In this document: one piece after another, positions 45,905 through 54,605 of the stretch | Layout of the letters: every line of letters starts with the position of its first letter | How positions within the stretch are numbered: position 1 is the stretch's first letter | From: a virus | Taxonomy: Duplodnaviria; Caudoviricetes | IMG/VR virus record: IMGVR_UViG_3300023179_000105 | Span: 1,862-65,861 of that record | Strand: one strand, 5' to 3' | Length of the DNA stretch: 64,000 nucleotides | Position numbers and translations under genes: made by a program | The notes under the pieces: generated by a model | What the model saw: the letters and a program-made list of their open reading frames with translations, nothing else | What the model was told of the DNA's origin: nothing | Database searches by the model: none

Positions 45905-45970
45905 GCTGGCACTCCCTAAAAGTGTTAGAGTAGGCGGGTTCCCCAACCGCGGCCTACATGTCTATTTAGT
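45892..45970 (-). promoter_or_regulatory. Structured leader of the endonuclease gene with opposing late-promoter motifs
   Basis: 12-bp inverted repeat TAAATAGACATG (45894-905) / CATGTCTATTTA (45957-68) enclosing two hairpins; ACTAAATA (-) 45963-70, TATAAATA (+) 45892-99. Confidence 0.75.
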
Positions 45971-45975
45971 AAATC

Positions 45976-46170
45976 CTACTTTTCAAAAAAATCATCATAC
46001 TCATCCCAGTCATCAGGATGACTTTCCCACGCCTTCTTTAAATTATGAAGAGGACGTTTCTTACTAATCTCAGATTGAGGACGTTCAAGACGTTTACCGC
46101 CATATTTACGGTCCTCTTCCTGTAGTTCAACATATGGATCCTTGAGGGTTTGAGATTTTGTATGCTTCAT
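45976..46170 (-). CDS. Hypothetical protein
   Basis: 64 aa, acidic C-terminus, operon packing. Confidence 0.55.
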   Translation of the reverse strand: MKHTKSQTLKDPYVELQEEDRKYGGKRLERPQSEISKKRPLHNLKKAWESHPDDWDEYDDFFEK

Positions 46171-46174
46171 TTCA

Positions 46175-46582
46175 TTACACCTTATATAAATTTATACCTT
46201 TTATTTTAAAGTTCTCACGCCATGCCGTAAACGTAGGACCGTGTCCGACAGGTTCATCATATTGAGCCTGAAAATGGTGTATCATTTCATGTGCCAATAT
46301 CTCTACAAATTTCTTTTTGCTTGGGAACTTGTTATCCATGACAATTCTTGTCTTGCCATGTTTCTTATGTTTCTTATCATAGTATCCGTAATATGCGTGA
46401 AGTTCATCATCATGCTTTATCTGGAACTTTTTTACTCGCATTAATTTATTACCAAAGATTTGCTCGTTTAATATGGTGAACCATATTTCCATATCAGCAA
46501 CCTTTGGACGGTATTTTACTCCATCCTCTTTCAGTTCTCTAAGGAGTTTACGATTGTGGTAATAATCCTGGGAACGCTTCAT
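46175..46582 (-). CDS. SprT-like zinc metalloprotease
   Basis: F..LN..IF...L; LAHEMIH; HGPTF. Confidence 0.8.
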   Translation of the reverse strand: MKRSQDYYHNRKLLRELKEDGVKYRPKVADMEIWFTILNEQIFGNKLMRVKKFQIKHDDELHAYYGYYDKKHKKHGKTRIVMDNKFPSKKKFVEILAHEMIHHFQAQYDEPVGHGPTFTAWRENFKIKGINLYKV

Positions 46583-46985
46583 TAATAAGTGCCTCAGTAA
46601 GATATGGTACCTTTAAGTCCTTTTTCAATATACCAATAAAAACATCCGCTTCTTTTGGTTCCAAACTTTCTAAGATTTGGAGCAAAAGTTCTGTTCTTCT
46701 TTTATCCGTTAGTGCGGCAGGAGTGCGTGGATTATTCTTCATGAAGAGATAGATTTTATCCAGCACCTGTGTCATATTACTATAACCCATACCGGCTGGC
46801 ATGTTATCGTCTCGTTTAAAGTCTGGGATATCTTTGATAGCAAACTCAACACCCTTATGGAAAGCACCTAATAGCACCTGACGGAGAGCCCATGTGTCAT
46901 GCCGATGAAGGACATCAATCTTGTCTTTTCTGGCCTTGGCGGCCTTGAAATCCTCAAAGACCTCATATATATTTTTATTACTCAT
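46548..46985 (-). CDS. Conserved T4-like hypothetical protein
   Basis: I.EV.......K....KI..L; KRR..L..Q.LE.L...EA; AFPGL; downstream of rnh. Confidence 0.7.
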   Translation of the reverse strand: MSNKNIYEVFEDFKAAKARKDKIDVLHRHDTWALRQVLLGAFHKGVEFAIKDIPDFKRDDNMPAGMGYSNMTQVLDKIYLFMKNNPRTPAALTDKRRTELLLQILESLEPKEADVFIGILKKDLKVPYLTEALINEAFPGLLPQS

Positions 46986-46993
46986 TTTGTTCC

Positions 46994-47854
46994 TCAAAAA
47001 TCCGAAACGGACTCAATCATTACCTTGAGACCCTTTTCTATAAAGTAGTTCAACATTTTTTCTTTGGTCGCCGGTTTTGTTTCTTCGTAGGCGTCCACGA
47101 TTTTTCTTTGAATGTCATTAGGTATATAGTCAAAATCAACCAAAGTTTGATTGCGCTTATAGCCGCGAAGCATATCGTCCGTGGTGCAGAAAGTTTCGGC
47201 ATCTTGATTAACCCATTCCTGGAGTTTCTTACTATTTATTACTTTCTGACGTTCACCAGCAGCAAAGGTGTTATCAGCAGACAGGAAGTTAGGAATGCCA
47301 TCACCACGGTCTCCCTTGATGATATGCTCTCGGATAAAGGCCTTAGGATTGTCAATCTTGATGAACCGCTTTAGAATAGGACTATATTGGGAAACATTAG
47401 AGTATTTCTGTAGCTGGGCAAAGTCTTTATCAGAGGATAGAATAAGAACGCTACCGTGAGGTGCCAACCGTGCGGTTAATACGGCAATAACGTCATCAGC
47501 CTCAGCACCTTCCACATCAATAACCTTGTAGGGAAAGTTAACCTTAAACTCATCTCTAATCTTATTCAAGGTATCAAAAATCATACCCCAATCGTATCCG
47601 CTGGCCTCACGGTCATGCTTACGCTGGGACTTATAGAAAGGGAAAAATTCTTTGCGCCAATACTTTTTGGAATCGCAGCAAAGGATTACATTAGGATATT
47701 TGGATTTAAACTGCTTTACATTAGCACGAATGGTATTGATAGACATATGCCTAATCAAGTCCTCATTCATTTCATGTGTCTTTGAGACAAACTTGAGGTG
47801 TTGCATCAAGTTCGATATAAGGACTTGATTAAGGTCCACCATGATATAAGACAT
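46994..47854 (-). CDS. rnh: T4-type RNase H (5'-3' exonuclease)
   Basis: D....WR...FP.YK..R; EADD.IA; ILSSDKDF.QLQ; GD.GDGIPN.LS. Confidence 0.93.
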   Translation of the reverse strand: MSYIMVDLNQVLISNLMQHLKFVSKTHEMNEDLIRHMSINTIRANVKQFKSKYPNVILCCDSKKYWRKEFFPFYKSQRKHDREASGYDWGMIFDTLNKIRDEFKVNFPYKVIDVEGAEADDVIAVLTARLAPHGSVLILSSDKDFAQLQKYSNVSQYSPILKRFIKIDNPKAFIREHIIKGDRGDGIPNFLSADNTFAAGERQKVINSKKLQEWVNQDAETFCTTDDMLRGYKRNQTLVDFDYIPNDIQRKIVDAYEETKPATKEKMLNYFIEKGLKVMIESVSDF

Positions 47855-47881
47855 TATTTATTCCTTTATGATGATACCCTT

Positions 47882-47910
47882 ATGGTATCATTCTTCGCCT
47901 TCTTTGTCAA
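47882..47910 (-). promoter_or_regulatory. Sigma70-type promoter TTGACA-N17-TACCAT for rnh
   Basis: -35 at 47905-10, -10 at 47882-87. Confidence 0.65.
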
Positions 47911-48289
47911 GTTGTTCCTTTGAGGCCAACATATCTTCAATCATGTTAAGGATTTGTTCCTCAGTCATGTTTTCCATTGCTTCGGCATCTTTTTTGGAAA
48001 TAATGGATATATTCTTTTCTATGAAAGGATGTAAGTGGTGTTCGAAACCAAACTGGCGATATATTGTAGCACGTAGAGCATCAACAACTAAAACCAAGTC
48101 CTTAGCAAAAGACTCTTCCTCGACACTCACATAATAATTATCAAGTTCTGTGATAATTATCGAAGCAATCTCCTCCACCATAGCATCAGCCATCTTTTGG
48201 TCGGCACGTTTTTGTCTTTCTTCTAAAACTTCTCCTGGGATATCTCTTACAACTTTATGCTTTGGGAATTCGATTACCTTGTCGGTCAT
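47888..48289 (-). CDS. Conserved hypothetical protein
   Basis: VIEFP N-terminus; D..L....LRA..YR..G..H.LH. Confidence 0.65.
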   Translation of the reverse strand: MTDKVIEFPKHKVVRDIPGEVLEERQKRADQKMADAMVEEIASIIITELDNYYVSVEEESFAKDLVLVVDALRATIYRQFGFEHHLHPFIEKNISIISKKDAEAMENMTEEQILNMIEDMLASKEQLDKEGEE

Positions 48290-48392
48290 TTATTTGTCCT
48301 TGTTCTTTAAATCTTGGTACATACCCCATGCCAGAATACCAACTGTGAAGAGACCTGTAAACATACCAAGATAAATCATAAACCAGATTAGG

Positions 48393-48587
48393 TCAATTTC
48401 CGTTGTTTTCAAAATATTCATAACCATAATCCATCACCTCATGCCTGACTTGTTCATACATCTGTGTTTGTTTGGGTGTTAGTTTGAATCCGCTTCTGTT
48501 CATATGTTCATACCAATAACAATAGGCCATCTTATCTATCATATCAATCCTTTCTGCGGCGATATGATTATAAAAAACGTTCTTCAT
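48393..48587 (-). CDS. Hypothetical protein
   Basis: ATGA-coupled to the upstream gene. Confidence 0.5.
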   Translation of the reverse strand: MKNVFYNHIAAERIDMIDKMAYCYWYEHMNRSGFKLTPKQTQMYEQVRHEVMDYGYEYFENNGN

Positions 48588-49708
48588 TTCACAACCCTCA
48601 ATAGGATAGTTTCTTCATTTATACGACCATTGGCCTTGTTCTCTGCGGTCTTAATAGCACTCATAACTTTACGCAGACCAACTTTACCTTCGTTCAACAC
48701 GATAGGAATTACTTGTTCTGGTTTTCTGAGTTTTTTTGTGATAGAAGAATCCGCATCATATCCTGTGATCGTAGTCCCTCTGACACTAAGGCCGCTATTA
48801 CCCAAGGCATTATAAACAGAGAGATTACGGTATTTACAATTATAGACCCATAGTTGCGAGGCATGAATAATATCCTTAGGTTGGACACTGGTGATATTTA
48901 GGTCTTTATCTTCAACTTTATACTTTAGTTTAGAAACCAATATATGTGCTGGTTTCTCTTTCTTCTTACGCGGTTTGCGAATAGACACTTGTGCTGCGGC
49001 ACTCTCATCAAGATGGTCGATTATCTTTTTGATAAAGATAGACATGACTTTAAGAACTGGAGCACGCCATCCAGAATATGCTTCCACCAAGTCTGGGTCT
49101 TTACCTTCAAGGGCCTCACAGATTTCTTCGTATTGAGGACGGAAGTGTTCTGTAATCCTCTTCGCAACTTGCGGTTTAATTCCCTTCTCAAGGGACCACT
49201 TCTTAATGTCAAACTGGATTACTCCTTCTCGAAAGAACACATCGGTTTCTTCCTCAAGTTCGCCAATAAGGTCGGACGCCTTCGTATTAATGCGATCTTG
49301 AATTGATACGACTTTTTGTGTAGGTTGTTCTTCCTCCGTCTCCGAAACATCCAGCACCGTTGAGGATAGGAATAACAATCGACCTTCAATTCTTTCCCAC
49401 TCACCGTCTGGCAAGGTATTTCCGGTATGTAATAGTCGGCAGTTCCATCCGATGTTGTGTAAGTCGATTGCTTTAACAGACGATAACTTTCCAATAATAT
49501 GTTTGTCATATTTGATACTCTTTAGGTAGGATATAGTAAAGGCCTTGGCATCATCACTGGTGTAAAAGTAATTAAACCAGTTGTATGCCTGTGCCAATTC
49601 GGATTGTGTAGAACCAGCATGGACCTTAGGTTCTGATCCCATATATTTCTCGTCCGCAAATTTGCCGCGAGTTTTCACTTTCTTCTCCTCAGACAAAGAT
49701 ATACCCAT
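48584..49708 (-). CDS. Conserved T4-like hypothetical protein
   Basis: NW.NY; LWVYN.K.R.L; V.GTTI.G.D...S..K.LRKP; NGRINE..ILL. Confidence 0.75.
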   Translation of the reverse strand: MGISLSEEKKVKTRGKFADEKYMGSEPKVHAGSTQSELAQAYNWFNYFYTSDDAKAFTISYLKSIKYDKHIIGKLSSVKAIDLHNIGWNCRLLHTGNTLPDGEWERIEGRLLFLSSTVLDVSETEEEQPTQKVVSIQDRINTKASDLIGELEEETDVFFREGVIQFDIKKWSLEKGIKPQVAKRITEHFRPQYEEICEALEGKDPDLVEAYSGWRAPVLKVMSIFIKKIIDHLDESAAAQVSIRKPRKKKEKPAHILVSKLKYKVEDKDLNITSVQPKDIIHASQLWVYNCKYRNLSVYNALGNSGLSVRGTTITGYDADSSITKKLRKPEQVIPIVLNEGKVGLRKVMSAIKTAENKANGRINEETILLRVVK

Positions 49709-49982
49709 ATTCCTTAAAGTCCGAAATCACACAGATTCCGTCTTCAGTTGGATCCATATTATGCTCTATTTCTTCGGCAAAGTCAAGAGCCTCGTTTAAA
49801 GTATGGAAAACAGGAACTTCTCCGAATGTTTCTTTAATTGACTGAATGTTTCCGTTATACTTGGCAGTCTTATCATTCCATTCACCATAGATGTTATCAA
49901 TTGCGCTGGCATATGAAACACGGTATTCAGGCCCTTTCTCGGACTCTGTTAGTAGGACATAGATACCATTATCAGCGGACAT
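49689..49982 (-). CDS. Hypothetical protein (MSADNGIY.L family)
   Basis: AAGGAG RBS; TE.GI motif. Confidence 0.65.
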   Translation of the reverse strand: MSADNGIYVLLTESEKGPEYRVSYASAIDNIYGEWNDKTAKYNGNIQSIKETFGEVPVFHTLNEALDFAEEIEHNMDPTEDGICVISDFKEYGYIFV

Positions 49983-49992
49983 TATATTCTCC

Positions 49993-50091
49993 TTATTGGA
50001 CGATTATACCATATATTAAAAACGCTATTGTCTTTAATACCAACCAGAATGCCGTTGATAGAACGACGGCGGCAAACAACGGTTTATTCAC
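49993..50091 (-). CDS. 32-aa membrane peptide
   Basis: GTG start, MNKPLFAAVVLSTAFWLVLKTIAFLIYGIIVQ. Confidence 0.4.
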   Translation of the reverse strand: MNKPLFAAVVLSTAFWLVLKTIAFLIYGIIVQ

Positions 50092-50347
50092 TTAATACTT
50101 GTTTGACGGAATCAATACGAAATGAACGCCAACCTTCTGCATCAATATCCCATACAGGCTGGACACTATCATTAATCTGTCTTGCTGCTTTAGGAACTTG
50201 TCCGTCATATTCTGATAATACTTGAGGAACATATAAATCGGAAAGAGTGCAACGCATAGTTCTTTCCGTTCCGTCAGTCTTTTCAAAAACGACCGTGATT
50301 ACTCCGTTTTTTAGTTGTTCCTTTAATTCGTATTTATCAATCATCAT
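50084..50347 (-). CDS. SH3/Sm-fold (WYL_2-like) protein
   Basis: V.F.K.DG..R.M.CTL...VWD....GWRSFR. Confidence 0.8.
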   Translation of the reverse strand: MMIDKYELKEQLKNGVITVVFEKTDGTERTMRCTLSDLYVPQVLSEYDGQVPKAARQINDSVQPVWDIDAEGWRSFRIDSVKQVLSE

Positions 50348-50564
50348 CTTCCTCCTCCCATGGGAAATCATCTTCTTCATAGATAGTGACATCACAAGAC
50401 CAATCCTCATTCACCAATTCAAGCATGGTTGTTTTAGTTTTACCATTTGAAACTGTAGTTTCTCGCAACCATTTATCAGTTGCTTCAAATGCTTCGTCTT
50501 CGGAATCATAAGATCCAATTTTAATGGTTCCCAATTGGGCGGAATTTAACTCGGAAATCCACAT
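50337..50564 (-). CDS. Acidic hypothetical protein
   Basis: Operon packing. Confidence 0.5.
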   Translation of the reverse strand: MWISELNSAQLGTIKIGSYDSEDEAFEATDKWLRETTVSNGKTKTTMLELVNEDWSCDVTIYEEDDFPWEEEDDD

Positions 50565-50570
50565 AACAAC

Positions 50571-50816
50571 TTACTCCATACGACTGTTAGGCAATTCATA
50601 ATAATCATCGGCGGCCCGACGGATTAGATCGTCTGACTTTCCGTAATACTCTGGATCCATAATAGCAAGTAAAAGTCCTTCATAGTCTTCCGTTGTTAAG
50701 GTATTTTTTGCCTTATCTAAGTATTCCCTACGGGTTATTCTTGTATCAATAGCAGCAGATACGGAACCAATACGCATGTCTGGTGTAATGGTAGGAAAAG
50801 GAAGTATATTACTCAT
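50571..50816 (-). CDS. Hypothetical protein
   Basis: AAGGA RBS; NILPFP N-terminus. Confidence 0.55.
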   Translation of the reverse strand: MSNILPFPTITPDMRIGSVSAAIDTRITRREYLDKAKNTLTTEDYEGLLLAIMDPEYYGKSDDLIRRAADDYYELPNSRME

Positions 50817-50824
50817 GACCGTCC

Positions 50825-51052
50825 TTAGTAAGTTAGCAGTAAATCATACAACTCATTATAACCGCCAATATACTTCTTGTCAAGTGTTATTATAGGAAAT
50901 GTTTTTACTCCAGGAAACCATTCAAGGATTTCATCTCTTGAAAAATCCTTTTCCAGTTTATATTCAGTAAATTCCATTTTCCTCATTTCAAGTAAATTTT
51001 TGGCCTTATCGCAATAAGGACAATTATCTTTAGAATATATCTCTACAATCAT
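50825..51052 (-). CDS. nrdC: Glutaredoxin
   Basis: CPYC, TFP.I, IGGY.EL. Confidence 0.92.
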   Translation of the reverse strand: MIVEIYSKDNCPYCDKAKNLLEMRKMEFTEYKLEKDFSRDEILEWFPGVKTFPIITLDKKYIGGYNELYDLLLTY

Positions 51053-51063
51053 TTTATACCTTT

Positions 51064-51648
51064 CTATTTTAAAAAATTACCATTAAATGCTATACTTATA
51101 CGTTCTTCATTTGATTGATTAGCAGAAACATTATGTGATAACCAAGATGGAAATAATACCAAATCACCTGTTTTAGGAATATATCTATAGTTAGAGGAGT
51201 TATACGCATTATATTTCTCTATCATATCTCCAAAAATAAATTCATCATAATTTTGTAAAGGAGTATGAAAAATTATTTCGCCTGAATTTTCAGGAACTTT
51301 AACATAATAGACCGCTGAAATTACCGAAATAGGATGTATATGTCGAGCATTATCATTATTTTTTTTGTTTATGTTTATCCAATAATTACATATTTGTAAA
51401 TCATTAGGATTCGAATAGTCAAAGTTTTTGGCCAGATTTCTAATTCTATCAATAATTATATTCGTTAGTTCTTTTAGTTGATCATCTTTAACATGTAAGT
51501 CATTACTTTGCCATCCACCTCTATTAGTCATAATTCTTCCTACAGGATCCTCATTTCTTTTTCTATGGCAAAATTCTTCTATAGATTTGTTATCGAGAGA
51601 AAGATTTTCATAAGCAATCCAATTAGCAAAAATAGTTTCTATCTTCAC
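51064..51648 (-). CDS. 2OG-Fe(II) oxygenase (TIGR02466-like)
   Basis: GGWQS; W.NIN....N..H.H; S.VYYV; G.L.LFPSWL.H.V; RISIAFN. Confidence 0.85.
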   Translation of the reverse strand: MKIETIFANWIAYENLSLDNKSIEEFCHRKRNEDPVGRIMTNRGGWQSNDLHVKDDQLKELTNIIIDRIRNLAKNFDYSNPNDLQICNYWININKKNNDNARHIHPISVISAVYYVKVPENSGEIIFHTPLQNYDEFIFGDMIEKYNAYNSSNYRYIPKTGDLVLFPSWLSHNVSANQSNEERISIAFNGNFLK

Positions 51649-52259
51649 CTAAAAGGTCTCCCTGTTACCCAACCAACTAAGCTATGGCGGGTACCTTTTG
51701 TTGTTGGTTTTACCCTATGTAAAACATATGATGGAAATGTTATCAAAGTTCCCTGTTCTCTTGGTACGACGAATGGTTCACCACCCAAACACAACTCCAA
51801 CTCTCCACCTTCATATTCATCTGGGTCTGTTAGTTGGACTACCATAGTGAGTTTGCGAACCTTACCTTGTAGCAGTTTGTCGGTGTGGTCGGAGTAGTGG
51901 CCAGACGGAGCATTATACTCTGTGAATTGTAGGTCTTCCTGAAATCCAAGAATATCAAAATTAAAATAATCTGTATTCACATTTACTAATGTTTGTAGGA
52001 TTTTTGGAAAGAACCAATCGAACTTTGTATTATCATAATTAATGAAATGTATTTTACTATCTCTTATTTCTTCTTTGAGGTCGGAAGTCTTGACAGGTCC
52101 TTTTTTAACCTCAACCTCAGCATCATAAAGGTCAAGTTCTTTAGCATCTCTTACAAAAATATCACATTCCTCTTTTGTCAGAAACTCTTTGGTTATAACA
52201 AAGTTTTCCACATAATCATATTTACAATGTGCCGGTATGGCATCTTCAAGTTCTTTCAT
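51645..52259 (-). CDS. 2OG-Fe(II) oxygenase (prolyl-hydroxylase-like)
   Basis: Q.T.Y....HY..H.D; RKL....QL.....YEGG.L; FPSY..H.V.P.T.G.R.SLV.W..G. Confidence 0.88.
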   Translation of the reverse strand: MKELEDAIPAHCKYDYVENFVITKEFLTKEECDIFVRDAKELDLYDAEVEVKKGPVKTSDLKEEIRDSKIHFINYDNTKFDWFFPKILQTLVNVNTDYFNFDILGFQEDLQFTEYNAPSGHYSDHTDKLLQGKVRKLTMVVQLTDPDEYEGGELELCLGGEPFVVPREQGTLITFPSYVLHRVKPTTKGTRHSLVGWVTGRPFR

Positions 52260-52268
52260 AATGTATCC

Positions 52269-52619
52269 TTAGAGTAGATGTTGTGCTAATACCATACAAG
52301 AAATCCAGGCCCATAGTGTATTGAAACCTACAAGAGTTGGCAATAGTTTTTTATTAGATGCCCAGATTAATGTTAGAGATGTAAATAGAGTTAGGAAATA
52401 TAACCACCAAATTTGAATATGGAAGATTAGACCGGGAACAATAATAATCGCCTTGGCAAACCAAGAGACGAACTCAACTGTGTTATAGTCGGTCCAATAT
52501 TCTTTGGTGAACCACATATTATAACATTCTTTTATTTTGGTAAATGTTATATGTCTATAAACGATTAGTATTAGGACGGCCCATACGCCTGATGCTATTA
52601 GAACTTGATTATTTGTCAT
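52269..52619 (-). CDS. Multi-pass membrane protein
   Basis: Three to four hydrophobic segments. Confidence 0.65.
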   Translation of the reverse strand: MTNNQVLIASGVWAVLILIVYRHITFTKIKECYNMWFTKEYWTDYNTVEFVSWFAKAIIIVPGLIFHIQIWWLYFLTLFTSLTLIWASNKKLLPTLVGFNTLWAWISCMVLAQHLL

Positions 52620-52636
52620 AATATACTCACTTTCTT

Positions 52637-52846
52637 TCAGAACCAACTACCAATTGGAACATGCGCCATCGGATCGTTTGGTTTACGTTTTGGTAAACAG
52701 CAGATTTCAACCTTTATGTTGTTAGTATCAAGATCAAAGATGCTATGATACTTATCTTTAGGTTCTTCTATCTTCTTCTCTTTGTTTTTAGCCATAGATA
52801 TATCACATAGACTAAGAACAATCATGATTGATATGATAAACTTCAT
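52637..52846 (-). CDS. Small exported/membrane protein
   Basis: Start revised to MKFIISIMIVLSLC (signal-like); ATGA overlap. Confidence 0.5.
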   Translation of the reverse strand: MKFIISIMIVLSLCDISMAKNKEKKIEEPKDKYHSIFDLDTNNIKVEICCLPKRKPNDPMAHVPIGSWF

Positions 52847-53238
52847 TTCTTTATATGGTTCTTCCTTACACGGCACATCACCCAATCATTATAGTATTTC
52901 TCGGAGATGACCGCATCTTCAGAAAAGATAGCCTTAGTTTCATAATAGGTCATTTCACCTTTGGTATAACAAAGATGTATTATTTCACGGATAAACTTAT
53001 TCTCACCGAATAGTGAGACATGTTCGGCGAGAGTTTTGTTTGAACCGTAATATTCTTTCCAATCGGACTCGACCTTTATTCTTTTCTTCTTACCTTTGAC
53101 TTGCTTGGTCTTAGAAAAGTAAAAGTTTTTCTTGCCGATATATTTCATACCATTGGCTTGGTTTGTTATGAGATAAACGAAACCAATGGCACCTTCGGGG
53201 ATTTCTGTGAGGGGTTCTCTGTTGTATAACCATGTCAT
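52843..53238 (-). CDS. GIY-YIG (Seg-like) endonuclease domain protein
   Basis: GFVYLITN...G.KYIGKK; ESDWK.YYGS; F.REI. Confidence 0.8.
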   Translation of the reverse strand: MTWLYNREPLTEIPEGAIGFVYLITNQANGMKYIGKKNFYFSKTKQVKGKKKRIKVESDWKEYYGSNKTLAEHVSLFGENKFIREIIHLCYTKGEMTYYETKAIFSEDAVISEKYYNDWVMCRVRKNHIKK

Positions 53239-53250
53239 ACAACTATATAG

Positions 53251-53478
53251 TTATTCGTTCTCTAAGTCCTCTATTTCAGGTGGATACTTTTCGTTCCACA
53301 CCTCATCAAAGGCCTTATCGAGGTCTAAACATTCATCAAGGTTCTTAGCATCGAAGTCCTCAAAGACTTCAAGCAAAATTTCATATACAATTTTTCTATC
53401 ATCATATGAAACATCGCTATCGACCAGATTTTCTATTATCTGATCCAGTATTTGTGAACCTGTAGTCCAAGAAGCCAT
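53251..53478 (-). CDS. Acidic hypothetical protein
   Basis: W..GS; FED.D...L.EC...D.AFD. Confidence 0.6.
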   Translation of the reverse strand: MASWTTGSQILDQIIENLVDSDVSYDDRKIVYEILLEVFEDFDAKNLDECLDLDKAFDEVWNEKYPPEIEDLENE

Positions 53479-53753
53479 TACTTTTTCCTTTTTATTGTGA
53501 AGAAGCGGAAGAACCTTACATAATACTTTACATTTGTTAAAGTTCTTATTATATTTATTCTCTTTCGCTTTTTCAATTTTTTATCGTTTATTAGACTTTC
53601 AAACCATTCTATATTCATCTCACATCTTTTTTTACCTCGTAACAACCAAGGTTCATTAGGCATAAGTTTCAGAAATCTATTTATAGCCTTTAATCTACGC
53701 CTCGCTGAATATAATTGTTCTGCTAATATATTGTCCAATTCATCAGTTAATAA
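53478..53753 (-). CDS. Basic hypothetical protein
   Basis: Fills an operon gap; start uncertain. Confidence 0.4.
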   Translation of the reverse strand, partial: LLTDELDNILAEQLYSARRRLKAINRFLKLMPNEPWLLRGKKRCEMNIEWFESLINDKKLKKRKRINIIRTLTNVKYYVRFFRFFTIKRKK

Positions 53754-54144
53754 TTCTGATTGTCGTTCCTTCTTTATCATTTTTTACAATCCCATAAAGA
53801 AATGCTGCATGACTGGGACTAAGCCGAACACAACCATGAGATGCAGGACGCCCCAAATTACCAGTATGTGGAGTAGCATGGATAGCATAACCGCCACTAA
53901 AAAAGATGGAGTGAGGCATCGGCGCATTATCATATTTCCTTGAGTAGTGCATTGGTTGAAGTGAATAAGGATGAAATGTTCCTGTTGGTGTGTAGTATCC
54001 TTTTCTTGCGGTTGATACAGGGAATTGATATGATCCTGAGTCTGTATCAACCTGCATCATCTGATGGCGCTTGCTGATGGTGATATCAGTCTGTGCCATT
54101 GCTGGTGTAGCAAATAGCATGGCGGCAATAATTAATTTTTTCAT
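53743..54144 (-). CDS. L,D-transpeptidase (YkuD family) with signal peptide
   Basis: VST...GY.TP.G.F; APMP.SIFF.GG.AIH.T....LG.PASHGCVRL. Confidence 0.9.
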   Translation of the reverse strand: MKKLIIAAMLFATPAMAQTDITISKRHQMMQVDTDSGSYQFPVSTARKGYYTPTGTFHPYSLQPMHYSRKYDNAPMPHSIFFSGGYAIHATPHTGNLGRPASHGCVRLSPSHAAFLYGIVKNDKEGTTIRIIN

Positions 54145-54605
54145 TCTATATTCACTCCTCTACATTTATCATCATTAAAAACGTAACAATAGGTCTGTAT
54201 CCAGTTATGTGATATACGGTATTGTGCGTCTCTTAATCCTATTTTATTATCGCATACAAGATTATGTAGTCTATGTTCTAAAACATCTTTTACTCTGGCA
54301 CCCCACATACCATTATAGGATTCAGGCCAGAGATTCCGTGTATCATTAGATCCACCGAGTTCTAAACTTATAAGATGATCTACCTCATATCCACCAGAAC
54401 GTTCTATTCCATATTCTTCAAACACCTGATCCTTTTGTTTCTCGGTCACATGTCTAACAGTAGCAGTATAACCTTTTTGGCATATTTTGTCAACTGTTGC
54501 CGTTGAGTCAAATACACCAGGAGATAAATCTGAATTAGGTAAGATGGGGTCCTCTGCCCATGCCAATGAAGGCAATAGACAGAGGACTATGATTAGATTT
54601 CGCAT
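54141..54605 (-). CDS. Signal-peptide-bearing HNH-like nuclease
   Basis: MRNLIIVLCLLPSLAWA; YEVDHLISLELGGSN...NLWPE; K..LE..LH..VC. Confidence 0.75.
   Translation of the reverse strand: MRNLIIVLCLLPSLAWAEDPILPNSDLSPGVFDSTATVDKICQKGYTATVRHVTEKQKDQVFEEYGIERSGGYEVDHLISLELGGSNDTRNLWPESYNGMWGARVKDVLEHRLHNLVCDNKIGLRDAQYRISHNWIQTYCYVFNDDKCRGVNIE

Noticed and set aside
45374-45970. Group I intron or ribozyme around the homing endonuclease
   Set aside because: No interrupted host gene on either side, too little flanking sequence for an intron core, and no recognisable hammerhead or HDV catalytic core
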